Translations under genes and position numbers: made by a program
Shown: one piece after another, positions 33,801 to 38,356 of the stretch
Numbering within the stretch: position 1 is the stretch's first letter
Layout: every line of letters starts with the position of its first letter
The notes under the pieces: generated by a model
Seen by the model: only the letters and a program-made list of their open reading frames with translations
What the model was told of the DNA's origin: nothing
Database searches by the model: none
From: Patescibacteria group bacterium
Lineage (GTDB): Bacteria; Patescibacteriota; Minisyncoccia; Phycocordibacterales; Phycocordibacteraceae
Reading direction: 5' to 3'
Assembly: GCA_040388985.1 (NCBI GenBank)
Contig: JAZKAU010000003.1
Span: 110,896 to 174,895, forward strand
DNA length: 64,000 bases

Positions 33801-36800
33801 GGCGGTGCCGTCACCGGTGAGCGCGGTGATGTAGTTGCCCTGAGCCTGGTACTGAGGGATGTTGAGAACATTTGCAGTGAGGGTGGCGGCTCCAGAGGTA
33901 CCGGTGGTGGTGAGTGAGGTGATCCTGTTCTGGTATGCGGTCTCCCAGTTAGTGGTGGAGGCGGTGAGCGGGATGGTGTAGCCGCTCGTGAGGCTGAAGA
34001 TGCCCGTGGAATTGTCATACGTGAGGCCGGTGGCAGTCGAGGAGAAGAGGCCGCGTGCGGTTGTGCTGAAGTCGCTGATGGTGCTCGCGAGCTGCGTACC
34101 GGTGTGATTCGCGCGGTTGAGGTAATACGAACCGTCCTGGCCGTCGAGGAGGTCGGCGTTGAAGAGCGAGCCGGAGCCTGAGAAGGAGGAGGTTGAGACG
34201 GAGAGCGCCCCACCAACGTTCGAAAGTCCGCTGCCGAGCAAGCTGGTGAAGGTTGAGCCGCCGACATTAATGCCTGACGTGAATGTCTGCAGTGCGCTCC
34301 ATGTGTTCACGCTCGTCGTGCTCACGATGAGCGGGATATTGAGCACGTTGCCGATAAGCGTGGCGAGACCACCTGAGCCGTTGGTGGTAAGGCTCGTGAT
34401 CCGATTCTGATACGCTGTCTCCCAGTTAGTAGTCGAAGCAGTGAGCGGGATGGTGTATCCGGGAGTCAGGCTGAATACTCCCGTAGAGTTGCTATAGGTA
34501 AGGCCCGTCGCTATCGAGGACAAGAGACCTCGTGCGGTCGAGGAGAAGTCGCTGATGGTACTCGCAAGCTGGGTTCCGGTGTGATTCGCGCGGTTCAGGT
34601 AATACGAACCGTCCTGGCCGTCGAGGAGAGCTGCATCGCCGCCGGAGAAGGACGTGGTAGCCAGACTGAATACGCCGGTCGAATTGTCATAGCTGATCGG
34701 TCCGGTTGCGCTCAGCAATCCGCGCAGGTAGGAATCCGAGGCTCCGTTCAGCGTGTTGCCGCTCCACGAGAGATTCGTTCCAGCCGTGATGCGCGATGAT
34801 GGCGTCTGGTAGAACGAGTCCCAGTTAGTAGTCGAAGCAGCGAGCGGGATGGTGTAGCCGGGCGTGAGAGAGAAGACGCCGGTGGAACTTGCGTACGAGA
34901 GGCCGGTGGCGGTTGAGGAAAGCGCACTGCGTGCGCGCGCGTCGGTGTAGTACAGATTGGAACCTTCCGCGAGATTAGTCGTGGACTTGGTAGTAAGCCA
35001 GGTATCTGCAGAAGTAGTAGAGAATGAATTGCCGAGGAAGTATGTGGAGTCGAAGCCATCGAGAAGGTCGGCGTTGAAGCCTGAGCCGCTTCCGGAGAAG
35101 GAGGTAGTGGAGACCGACAGAGCTCCGCCGGTATTCACGAGACCGAAGCCCGTGAGGTCGGTGAAGTAATCGCTTCCGATTCCCAGGATCGTCGTAAAGA
35201 GAGAGGTAGTCGTAGCCGAATCTGCAGTAAGATTCGTCACCGCTGCGTCGGTACCCGTGATATGCGTGGCGAACAGGTTGGTGCTCGTAGCATTCGTACT
35301 CGTCGCGTTGGTGAAGGTCGCATTAGTCGCCGTCAGATCCGCGATCACGGCCGTGGTGATATTCGCGAGCGTCGCCGTGAAGGAACTGAGTACGGCATTC
35401 AGGATAGTGCCGGTCGTCGCGAAGAAGTTCGTGGTGGTCGCATTCGTAGTCGTCGTGTTCCCGAATATCGCATTCAGCGCCGAGAGCGTATCGAAGCTGC
35501 CGGAAGTAGCGTGCAAGAGCGATGCGAAGAGATTCGTAGACGTCGAATTCGTGAAATTCGAATTAGTGCCCGAGAGGTTCGTGATGGCGCCATTCGTGCT
35601 CGCGAGATTCGGAAAAGTGGACGTCGCCGTCGTCGAAGCTGCCGTGAAATAGGGCGCGCTGACCGCGCTGCCGGAAGAAAGATTCGAGACCGTAAGCGTT
35701 CCTGCGGTAAGGGTGCCGCTTACCGTGAGATCACCCGTGACGCTCGTCGTTGCGAGAGACGATGCGCCTGCAGCAAGCGTTCCGGTCGTCGTTGAACCGA
35801 TGGTCGCCGTGTCTGCGGTCAGGTTCGTGAACCGAGCATTACCGCTCTGGATATCGACATTCGTGAGCGTCGCGCCGTCGCTTGATACGCCGCCCCCTGA
35901 ACTGCTTCCGCCTCCTCCCCCGCCGCCACTTGGACGATTACGTAGCGTCGCGTCGATGCTCTCCGTCACGAAGGGGCGCACGATAGCGAGAACCGCTTCT
36001 TCCGAAAGCGCACCGATGACGCTCTGCGGGAAGAGATTCTGAACGATATTCTGGATGACCGTCGTGTGCGATACAGAACTCACAGACGTCGAAGCCGCAT
36101 ATGACGCCGTATCCGCAGGAGTGAACGCTACGGTATTGGTCTGACCGAACGGTACGACAGACAGGCCTGGCGCCAGGCTCGGCGGCGTTACCGCGCCCGC
36201 GATCGCACGGATACCGGTATCGATGAGCGAGCGGGCGAGCCGGGATCCGCCGATGAGCAGATGTGCGAGCGCTCGCTCGAGCGAAGCGGGCACTGACGTG
36301 AGTGCGCTCGCTGCGAGCTGGCTCGATGCCGCGTACCCGCTCCCTGAAGCCTGTACCGCGCTTGCAAGAGCGCCAGCTCCTACATGCGCCCTGGGCGACA
36401 CTACGGCGACAGTCACATCTGCTGCTTCATAGAGATTTGCGCCTGCTTCGCCACCATGCTCGATGAGCGCGAGATACTGCGTGCCGATGTTCTGAACCGG
36501 TTCAAGAAGCGCCTGACCGCTCCGGACTTGAGCTGTCGTGACTGAACCTACAAAGGCGAGCGATGAATCCGTCCACGTCTGCGCAAAAGAATCATTAGCT
36601 GCAGCAAGCATGGACGGCGCGTCCGCTGCAGTGGCGCCCACGGCCTGTCCTGCTACATACACGTAGCCGAGCAGTTCGCCCGCGACGCGCGGCGACGCGT
36701 CAGTCCATGCGTAGACTGCCTGCGCGTACGCAGCCGTAAGCGAGTCAGCGTAACGCGGCATCGACACCACGGTGTCGCGCGCAGAAGCTGCAGTCGCAAG

Positions 36801-37664
36801 AGCACTATCACCCGTTCCCTGTACCGTAGCGAGATATATATTCCCGATATTCTTGCTGAGCGCGAGTGCATCCGTTCCGATCTCTACATATGCTTTCGCC
36901 ACTGTTCGCGCGCTGTCCCGAAGTGCGCGCAGTGGATGCATCGCGATCGCCTGCAGAGACGTTATGCGCGCACGCGCGATGTCAGCGATGCTCGCGCCTG
37001 AAGCGGTAGCGACATCGACTGCGGCGGGATATGCGTTCGTATAGGTGCCGGTCGCGAACGCGACATCATGCGAGAGTACGCCAGCGTCCGGTACGACGAG
37101 CAGAGGAGCAGCATTCTGCGCAACGCGCGTATCACTCGGTCGGAACGATGATGGCAACTCTGAAAGATGCTGCACCAGAAGCGCTACTCGCAGCGCCGTG
37201 TCAGGAAGGTTCGAGAGCGCCTCTTGTACCTGCGGAGACACCGACGCATACGCACTGCCTGCGACGAGCACGAGCGTGACTGCGGCGGCGGCAAGTGGCG
37301 CATGTACGCGCGTGCGCATCGGGCTTAAGACGGGAACGCGTTGCGGTGCTGCGCCGTTCGGGGTCCGTTCTTCACGCACTAACTTGACTGTCGGCGTAGA
37401 TAGTTTCTGCTGAGCTAAGAGATATTCCTGCGAACGCGCCGCGGCTATCTGTGCAGTAAGTTCGATCTTGCGCTGCCGCTGGTCTTGAATGAATTTCTCG
37501 AGCGAATCCCTGTCAACGAGCCAGGCGCGTCCGACCTGTGCACCTTGTATCTTTTTCGAACGACAGAGGCGTGCGAGATAATCCGGATTGTATCCGGAAA
37601 TGGTTGATGCTTCTTTCGTTGAGACTAACGAAGAGGAGAGGATGTTTTTAGAAAGATCAGGCAT
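12888..37664 (-). CDS. Giant (8258 aa) HTH- and membrane-anchored tail-fibre-like surface protein with LVIVD propeller, peptidase S74 chaperone and Ig-like (DUF5011-type) C-terminus
   Basis: Uninterrupted ORF. N-terminal HTH (LVSTKEASTISGYNPDYLARLCRSKKIQGAQVGRAWLV), hydrophobic helix at about aa 122-140, dozens of GN(V/I)GIGTTxP repeats, 7 LVIVD-type repeats, SSDERLKN...GFSAQNVQSAIPEAV...AIKEL, and PVIQLTG...WTDPGATA...PGDYTLTY...RTVSV. Confidence 0.9.
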   Translation of the reverse strand: MPDLSKNILSSSLVSTKEASTISGYNPDYLARLCRSKKIQGAQVGRAWLVDRDSLEKFIQDQRQRKIELTAQIAAARSQEYLLAQQKLSTPTVKLVREERTPNGAAPQRVPVLSPMRTRVHAPLAAAAVTLVLVAGSAYASVSPQVQEALSNLPDTALRVALLVQHLSELPSSFRPSDTRVAQNAAPLLVVPDAGVLSHDVAFATGTYTNAYPAAVDVATASGASIADIARARITSLQAIAMHPLRALRDSARTVAKAYVEIGTDALALSKNIGNIYLATVQGTGDSALATAASARDTVVSMPRYADSLTAAYAQAVYAWTDASPRVAGELLGYVYVAGQAVGATAADAPSMLAAANDSFAQTWTDSSLAFVGSVTTAQVRSGQALLEPVQNIGTQYLALIEHGGEAGANLYEAADVTVAVVSPRAHVGAGALASAVQASGSGYAASSQLAASALTSVPASLERALAHLLIGGSRLARSLIDTGIRAIAGAVTPPSLAPGLSVVPFGQTNTVAFTPADTASYAASTSVSSVSHTTVIQNIVQNLFPQSVIGALSEEAVLAIVRPFVTESIDATLRNRPSGGGGGGGSSSGGGVSSDGATLTNVDIQSGNARFTNLTADTATIGSTTTGTLAAGASSLATTSVTGDLTVSGTLTAGTLTVSNLSSGSAVSAPYFTAASTTATSTFPNLASTNGAITNLSGTNSNFTNSTSTNLFASLLHATSGSFDTLSALNAIFGNTTTTNATTTNFFATTGTILNAVLSSFTATLANITTAVIADLTATNATFTNATSTNATSTNLFATHITGTDAAVTNLTADSATTTSLFTTILGIGSDYFTDLTGFGLVNTGGALSVSTTSFSGSGSGFNADLLDGFDSTYFLGNSFSTTSADTWLTTKSTTNLAEGSNLYYTDARARSALSSTATGLSYASSTGVFSLTPGYTIPLAASTTNWDSFYQTPSSRITAGTNLSWSGNTLNGASDSYLRGLLSATGPISYDNSTGVFSLATTSFSGGDAALLDGQDGSYYLNRANHTGTQLASTISDFSSTARGLLSSIATGLTYSNSTGVFSLTPGYTIPLTASTTNWETAYQNRITSLTTNGSGGLATLIGNVLNIPLIVSTTSVNTWSALQTFTSGINVGGSTFTSLLGSGLSNVGGALSVSTSSFSGSGSLFNADLLDGQDGSYYLNRANHTGTQLASTISDFSTTARGLFSSTATGLTYDNSTGIFSLTSGYTIPLTASTTNWETAYQNRITSLTTTGTSGAATLTANVLNIPQYQAQGNYITALTGDGTATGPGSAAFTLATVNGNVGTFNNVTVNGKGLVTAASNVSYLTGNQTITLTGDVTGSGTTSIATTLATVNGTPGTFGSSTAIPTFTVNGKGLITAVSTNAVVAPAGTLTGTTLASNVVSSSLTSVGTLTSLTVSGNTTLANATSTNLGVTNFTLGGSTFTSLLGSGLLNPGGALTLDSTTVRGLFSSTATGLTYTAGTGVFSLTSGYTIPLTASTTNWDSFYQTPSTRITAGTGLTWTGNTLNVSTSSLALDTTYFKQNGNSFGTTAVLGTIDNNALQLKTNNATRLTIDTSGNVGVGTSTPQSLFSVSGDIFTTTGVGIGTTTLSGHGLGISLAANSQRGILVMNFLNGTNSGPVITAQSAAGVGITLGSVGTAYTANTVGVTANTAYLQANQTNLRIINTSASAGRNISFYGFGATPSEMARFDAATGFFGVGTTTPSAQLSASSTSSGTAFLIQQNGSGPAGVFLGGNIGIATTTPGRTLTIAGDLGLTGALFAGNTSAGTNGQVLQTTGTGIQWVSTSTLGFQASGNYITALTGDGTATGPGSATFTLATVNATPGSFGSSTAIPTFTVNAKGLITAVSTNAVVAPAGTLTGTTLASNVVNSSLTSVGTLTSLTVSGQTTLGNASTTNLTIGSLSGLLYGNNGTVGAATVSSPLAFSAGTLSVAPGFTIPLTASTTNWDSFYQTPSTRITAGTGLTWTGNTLNVSTSSLAIDTTYFKQGGNAFGTTARFGTTDVNPLNIITSNATVATFLTNGNFGIGTTSPPERLTVAGNAAISGSVSAASLTTTGAANVNSLSIGSLSGFLKATAGTVGTALIDLSTDVTSTLPSANGGTGFASYSPGDILYADNSGVLAKLPVGSSGQVLKVQAGFPAWGIDQTIGAGGSGDGVFATSTNLIYPIDTSNVLLVGTNATSTTNSIFEVSGQEYISTRLGIATTSPSAALSVGGNALISGTGTFGQLIDNGLTANTLTYANGAKQLSSVTLGTGLTLTTGTLSVATSSFSGSGSGFNADLLDGQDSTYYLDRANHTGTQLASTISDFSTTARGLFSSTATGLTYTAGTGVFSLTSGYTIPLTASTTDWQTAYANRITSLTTNGSGGLATLTGNVLNIPLIVSTTSANSWSALQTFSGGITTAGTVTLGSLTGVLHASSGVVGASNVLLGSEVSGVLPVTNGGTGWSTITSGAVLYGNGSSALATTTPGSNGQVLALVAGIPTWVATTTAGTGLTYSAGSFNVNTSQNITTLSNLATAGFVKTDSSGVLSVDTNAYLTGNQTITLTGDVTGSGTTSIATTLATVNGTPGTFGSSTAIPTFTVNGKGLITAVSTNAVVAPAGTLTGTTLASNVVNSSLTSVGTLTSLTVSGNTSLANATSTNLGVTNFTLGGSTFTSLLGTGLTNSGGVLTVSTSSLALDTTYFKQGGNSFGATATLGTIDANQLNLITANATRLSVTSGGNVGVGTSTPSDKLDVAGNLRISSASPLISAVNPVNGSGLFGFSRKDDVSSASLQIAAFGGIGFTPGLGGSSISPTSTSSALWISTTGNVGIATTTPNYLLTVGVPSAINVDQGISFSRSAVAQDAIRYGIRSNSGGLYRGSITGTASNGTQTEIMSFLTGGQVGIGSTSPFARLTVKGLGNTSATTNFQTTNSLDTALFTILDNGNVGIGTTTPSQKLDVAGNIALSTGGFLYGDTINPSLSLSNAGGSILSYTSNNSITVGNGVIRFNTSGAQQMTINSSGNIGIGTTTPFAKLTLVGDLSVSGGGIYDGNSTRGTNGQVLQTTGTGIQWVATSTLGFQASGNYITALTGDGTASGPGSAAFTLATVNTNVGIFGGASSVPTFTVNGKGLITAVSTNAVVAPAGTLSGTTLASNVVSSSLTSVGTLTALTVSGATSLSTFTATSGTTTNATSTNFGVTNFTLGGSTFTSLLGTGLSNVGGTLTVSTSSLALDTTYFKQGGNSFGATATLGTIDSNQLNLITGNATRLSITSGGNVGIGTTSPLSILHIYSAGSSAVSLVEGPGGNYTSTIATSGGTGLVFNAANAFTIYGQGAANKGTTSGLSSYVTVLPGGNVGIGTTSPLYKLDVAGFINTDQYSGYKQAGSTILTASSTLNNLLVGISAGASITTATHITALGHQALFTATSSSDNTAIGFFALRANTSGNANTAIGSQALQSNTTGVTNVGIGSLALLANTTGNNNVGIGYEALFANTVSSGNTAIGSAALLSSTGISATAIGSSALQNNISATTTVAIGARAGLGAVGYSNQGGAFVGFQAGMSLDTGSDFNTLIGYQSGRSITTGARNVFLGNSTITASLNQVTTGSNNISIGNDVAVASSTASNQLNIGNLIYGTGLSGTGATISTGNIGIGTSSPSSILSVQSTNNGIPAATFAYNNTGANQFNIYPFSDGNTYLQHNGKAIFSPVGALTAQLVIDTTGNIGIATTTPGRTLTIAGDLGLTGALFAGNTSAGTNGQVLQTTGTGIQWVSTSTLGFQASGNYITALTGDGTASGPGSATFTLATVNGTPGTFGSSTAIPTFTVNGKGLITAVSTNAVVAPAGTLTGTTLASNIVNSSLTSVGTLTSLTVSGQTTLGNASTTNLTVSGATTLGNTTLANATSTSLYTTTLGINSESFTDLTGTGLVNTGGALTLDSTTVRGLFSSTATGLTYTAGTGVFSLTSGYTIPLTASTTDWQTAYTNRITSLTTTGTGAATLSANVLNIPLYAGTTTSNTWGGTQTFTNAPIFSSLSGLLQGNGASAVTAVGGTAGQFPYYNGTNTLTATSTIFLSATGKIGIATTTPGRTLTIAGDLGLTGALYAGNTNAGTNGQVLQTTGTGIQWVSTSTLGFTSGTVTSVDASGGTTGLTFSGGPITTSGTLTLAGTLGIANGGTNAASQTTNGVTYFNGTSITSGSALTYNGTNLALTGGAVTAPQFRASDSVGAPGFSFAGDATTGLYHAGSNLIGFATGGVGRAYIDGNGFFGIGSSTPAEALTVVGNGILSGNLSLGGNISATGNLTAANATTTSLYATTLGVGSDYLTDLTGFGLVNTGGALSVSTTSFSGSGSGFNADLLDGQDGTYYLNRANHTGTQLAATISDFATTARGLFSSTATGLTYTAGTGVFSLTAGYTIPLTASTTNWEAAYQNRITSLTTTGTSGAATLTANVLNIPQYQAQGNYITALTGDGTATGPGSATFTLATVNATPGSFGSSTAIPTFTVNAKGLITAAGSVAVVAPAGTLTGTTLASNVVNSSLTSVGTLTALTVSGATTLGNLTAALATTTSLTTTNFTLGGSTFTSLLGTGLTNTAGVLSVSTSSLALDTTYFKQGGNSFGATATLGTIDSNQLNLITGNTTRLSVTSAGNVGIGTTSPGTTLHVYAATPVIRIDGPASAAKTLSFAKDNISYWNIYNPASSGDLRFYDQQGVGDLLTLKTGGNVGIGTTTPAAKLDINNGSVSTVSGALRIEGGISAVNAGHSIDWYAGSANAGAAANAYARIAGVTDAAGSTGNLAFYTNSGLGASASTEKLRITGAGNVGIGTSSPISLLSIAGATGSNQIAIGNTSAAVVNGDTVAKIGFYTSDASSLINREVANINVVADGADYAGIAAPTALTFLTQNSSGALAERLRITAAGNVGIGTTTPFAKLTVVGDLSISGGGIYDNNATRGTTGQVLQTTGTGIQWVSTSTLGFAGATTGNSLLYGNGTGGFSNATVGTGLSFAAGTLSVATTSNALGLDGTYFKQNGNSFGATAVLGTIDSNLLQFKTNNTTRLTIDTSGNVGIGTTSPTSNLEVYRASTGASSFKVDGWTDPTAPMVYFASKAAEVGRSLFRIASDVNGTPTNAFEVLDNGNVGIGTTTPGSLLTIAGSQAGITIDRTANDSFLQLSSSGVSGGQFRYFAPNVVSIADVNGTDKVVFNTSSGNVGIGTTSPSAALHVYGSAQALAQIQSTDTFSYLMLADSGSTAANGQGIGSNGNNLIFRANGGTRATLTSAGNFGIGTTTPFAKLTVVGDLSVSGGGIYDGNSTRGTNGQVLQTTGTGIQWVSTSTLGFAAAGNYITALTGDGTASGPGSATFTLATVNGTPGTFGSSTAIPTFTVNGKGLITAVSTNAVVAPAGTLTGTTLASNIVNSSLTSVGTLTSLTVSGQTTLGNASTTNLTVSGQTTLGNTTLTSATSTNLGVTNFTLGGSTFTSLLGSGLSNVGGVLTATISTSSLALDTTYFKQDGNSFGATATLGTNDGNALVFETNNTEALRINTARQLVSSIGSSASVPSYTWTGDLSTGIGHPTANVIAFSTGSVERARIDGNGYLGIGTTTASEALTVGGNGIIAGTLLVSSTSLTTGLATFSSGINVNGESFTDLTGTGLLNTGGALTLDSSTVRGLFSSTATGLTYTSGTGVFSLTSGYNIPLTASTTNWETAYQNRITSATLPLSISSNTISIANALADGSTKGAASFNANDFDASSGNISIDYANGQAAASTSKGFLTAADWITFNGKQASGNYITALTGDGTATGPGSAAFTLATVNGNVGTFNNVTVNGKGLVTAASNVSYLTGNQTITLTGDVTGSGTTSIATTLATVNGTPGTFGSSTAIPTFTVNAKGLITAVSTNAVVAPAGTLTGTTLASNVVTSSLTSVGTLTALTVSGATTLGNLTAALATTTSLTTTNFTLGGSTFTSLLGTGLTNSGGVLTVSTSSLALDTNYFKQGGNSFGATAVLGTNDSNLLQFKTNNATRLTIDTSGNVGVGTSTPGSKLIVQGSGTGNVAIGEWGGGSTYGAISLSGSLATGSANFYSAGTSLFINRPTGGALDFRMNDVSQMYISSAGLVGIGTTTPADKLNVSAGNLRLSAIGVGQGIYADNGAGSGMFSLTRQSTGATGDLSVSAFGGIGLTGGNTAYATGATSYQAYLTSTGNFGIGTTTPTNKLDVNGNIATVIGSGGTLTLYDAVAGRNNLIKLGADASGAYINSTFSAGGTANLRLQTAGTDKVTITQAGLVGIGTTTPSTQLHIDSGTASVLPTISLSALGASVQNFGRASAYFTGSAATDLGIRYSSNLFIGATSNAAMVLTAAGNVGIATTTPGRTLTVAGDIGLTGALYAGNTSAGTNGQVLQTTGTGIQWVATSTLGFQASGNYITALTGDVTATGPGSAAATLATVNATPGSFGSSTAIPVFTVNAKGLITAVSTSTVVAPAGTLTGTTLASNVVNSSLTSVGTLTALTVSGQTTLGNASTTNLTVSGATTLGTLTASSATTTNEATTNFTLGGSTFTSLLGTGLTNTAGVLTVSTSSLALDTTYFKQGGNSFGATATLGTIDSNQLNLITGNTTRLSITSGGNVGVGTSTPSARLAVTGTAGTGDIFAIASSTEARLLTVTSTGNVGIGVIAPAALLNIGGAKSAASWTTTGLNLAVDASTLTDTSGSGTIATRAASSFGRPTLVASSPVTLTDASTLYIANAPLASTNTTITNAWALHVAAGNVKLGGNLVIGNGSNSTSVALLSSSNSTVFNTSSMTYGAAFEVTNTGIGGATGFDGNSQVSNAGTVTNAYGAIASVRILGGGTITNGYGVVGRTPTITSGTVTNAYGLYAQAQKITGVTNGYGVYAAGTSDINYFAGSVGIGTTTPATTLQVTGLGGTNPFRVSSSTNASMFEITQAGAALFNSQAGTSGQVLQSFGAGAPPQWVATSTLGFQASGNYITALTGDGTATGPGSATFTLATVNATPGSFGSSTAIPSFTVNAKGLITAVSTNAVVAPAGTLTGTTLAANVVNSSLTSVGTLTSLTVSGQTSLGNASTTNLTVSGATTLGTLTASSATTTNEATTNFTLGGSTFTSLLGSGLSNVGGALSVSTTSLGLAPATTGSSLLYGNGSGGFSNATVSSPLTFTGGALGINNAVADGATKGAATFLAADFNDNGSGLISLDYANGQAAASTTKGFLTAADWITFNNKQALLTGTTGQLGYFSATNTFTATSSIFLDTTGNFGVGTTSPFARLSVKGVGTTTAANFQLTNSSNTPLLTVLDSGNVGIGTSTPSTRLALTGGSYLQTVSTVPTVKGTVSIASGTNGIGVAISGRYAYSVDAAGGFKLSVIDIAVPSAPVVVGSVVDSTNLNGAFTVRVAGQYAYVTATGGNRFTVVDVSNPAAPAVVGSVTNSLLNSARGLYISGRYAYVAANGANALVVVDISNPTTPVIAGSIVDATNLLTPDSVYVSGKYAYVTTAGATGSRLTVVDVSNPAAPVVVGSLNNATYLLNAKDVYVSGRYAYVLGQNTNSFAVVDVSTPSAPTLVAGIVDNTNLNAPKNMYVAGRYAYVSANGTNRFTIVDISNPAAPTVVTSLQDSTNLNNPRGIFISGKYAYVNAGSKFTVLDIDGMEAPSASFGAANTQTLSVLENGDIGGDLYIRNGLLVGTGGISSGGSLTVLGTAGTNPFTVASSSGANLLTLTGAGNLGIGTSTPTAQLTTTGSVRFAGLASAGANLTTDNLGNVTASSDERLKNISGSFTRGLADIEKLSPILYHWNATSGLDQNGQYAGFSAQNVQSAIPEAVATDSRGFLTLADRPIIAASVNAIKELAGRTDSFASSFTSLAVRLDSVESKATAEQAAAQLPHELVATSVTAASMEIAQGVSAGTLHAQSVNADGTVSAARYIVPANATTFAYGSTTISVTLPDEVLTDSATNVDLYKLASYGVAGVQALSARFDTFALRIDDLESRLALLETAKNATSTSATGPLSIAASGLEKLLEELGIIVHDGIAQFTTIVTHQLVLSADSNGTASAGSVVIPNGQTEFKVENSLVLPTSKIFLTFTSSIDGSWYISKKEQGSFTITLAKAQDIPVSFDYFLVQTEGQIASVGNVPPSQPSVAPPNSGDQQTPPPSGTQPQNGTDPVIQLTGGSSIQIAQGATWTDPGATAAAADGTDLTSSIAVSGGVNAQTPGDYTLTYRATDASGRFAEATRTVSVLAPAVGGGSDAPPAPEPDPAPVVSSDPAPTPDSSPAS
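14160..14411 (-). other. Intramolecular chaperone autoprocessing (peptidase S74) domain within the giant ORF
   Basis: S-D-x-R-L-K motif (SSDERLKNI; codons 14411-14385) followed by G..AQ.V...IPEAV and a terminal helix. Confidence 0.85.
14770..15690 (-). repeat. Seven LVIVD-type repeats (probable 7-bladed beta-propeller) within the giant ORF
   Basis: Repeated x(I/V)(S/A)G(R/K/Q)YAY...(V/I)D(V/I)SNP.AP.VVG units of about 45 aa. Confidence 0.85.
21358..21680. repeat. About 320-bp apparently identical intragenic direct repeat (partner at 26011-26333)
   Basis: Antisense ORFs 21415..21675 and 26068..26328 translate identically. Other near-identical pairs: about 26310-26510/32196-32396 and about 20090-20340/33587-33838. 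Confidence 0.85.
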
Positions 37665-38273
37665 GTCGGATATCCGAATTACCTAAATAATAGCTTGCTA
37701 TTTCGTAATGCTCTCTATCGCGCGTGGGGATAAGATTCTGAAAAATTCTATGCCATGAACGTTCGCAAAAAATCTTCACTCGTTGAAGGTTCATGCAGAA
37801 AATGAAAGGAGTTCGATCGCGCATAGTTGCCGGAATTTCGGTTTGCGTGCAACTTTGATCTTCTTGAACGGACAACTTGAGAGAACCTTTGCTGCTTTAT
37901 TCCGTCTGATCAGGACTACAGACCTTCCTAACGAGCGAGAAACCTACCTATGGCAGAAGTTCCGGGGGTGATTCGAGCAACGCGTACTGACGACCGCTAC
38001 CGAAAAAGTAATACCATAGTCAAGAATATAGCTTATAGATACTAGCGATATCGGAAATACAACGGCTGAGGCAATACATATCTTGGGTTCGTGGGTGAAA
38101 TGATGGCGACAAGAAAGGTTACGGAGGAGAAGCCGGAAAGATTCGAATACAAGTAAGTTGTGATTATGTTTGTTTGCGCTGACTCTTTTTTGGACCCGAT
38201 AGTGATGCTCTGATTCCTGCTATAAATGCTGAAGATCATTAGATATTCCTTTGAGCGAGAACAAACGCTAAAG

Positions 38274-38313
38274 ATTATTAAAATAGAGACGAATTCGTCT
38301 CTATTTTAATAAT
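38274..38313. repeat. 40-bp perfect palindrome with an adjacent hairpin at 38319-38343; possible terminator or REP-like element
   Basis: attattaaaatagagacgaa|ttcgtctctattttaataat, followed by tttcttgtct-atacg-agacaagaaa. Confidence 0.8.
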
Positions 38314-38356
38314 TATTGTTTCTTGTCTATACGAGACAAGAAAAGCCTATTATAAG

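Noticed and set aside
12893-37413. Dozens of + strand ORFs (V/P/A-rich) and short alternate-frame - strand ORFs within the giant gene
   Set aside because: They are antisense or frame shadows of a GC-rich, Thr/Gly-rich repetitive CDS; their repeats simply mirror the real protein.
12888-37664. Prophage tail gene
   Set aside because: No other phage genes are nearby, the protein has an N-terminal TM anchor, and the flanks are housekeeping genes.
37657-38239. Small ORFs in the intergenic region upstream of the giant gene
   Set aside because: They are short, AT-rich and lack motifs, so they cannot be supported as genes.
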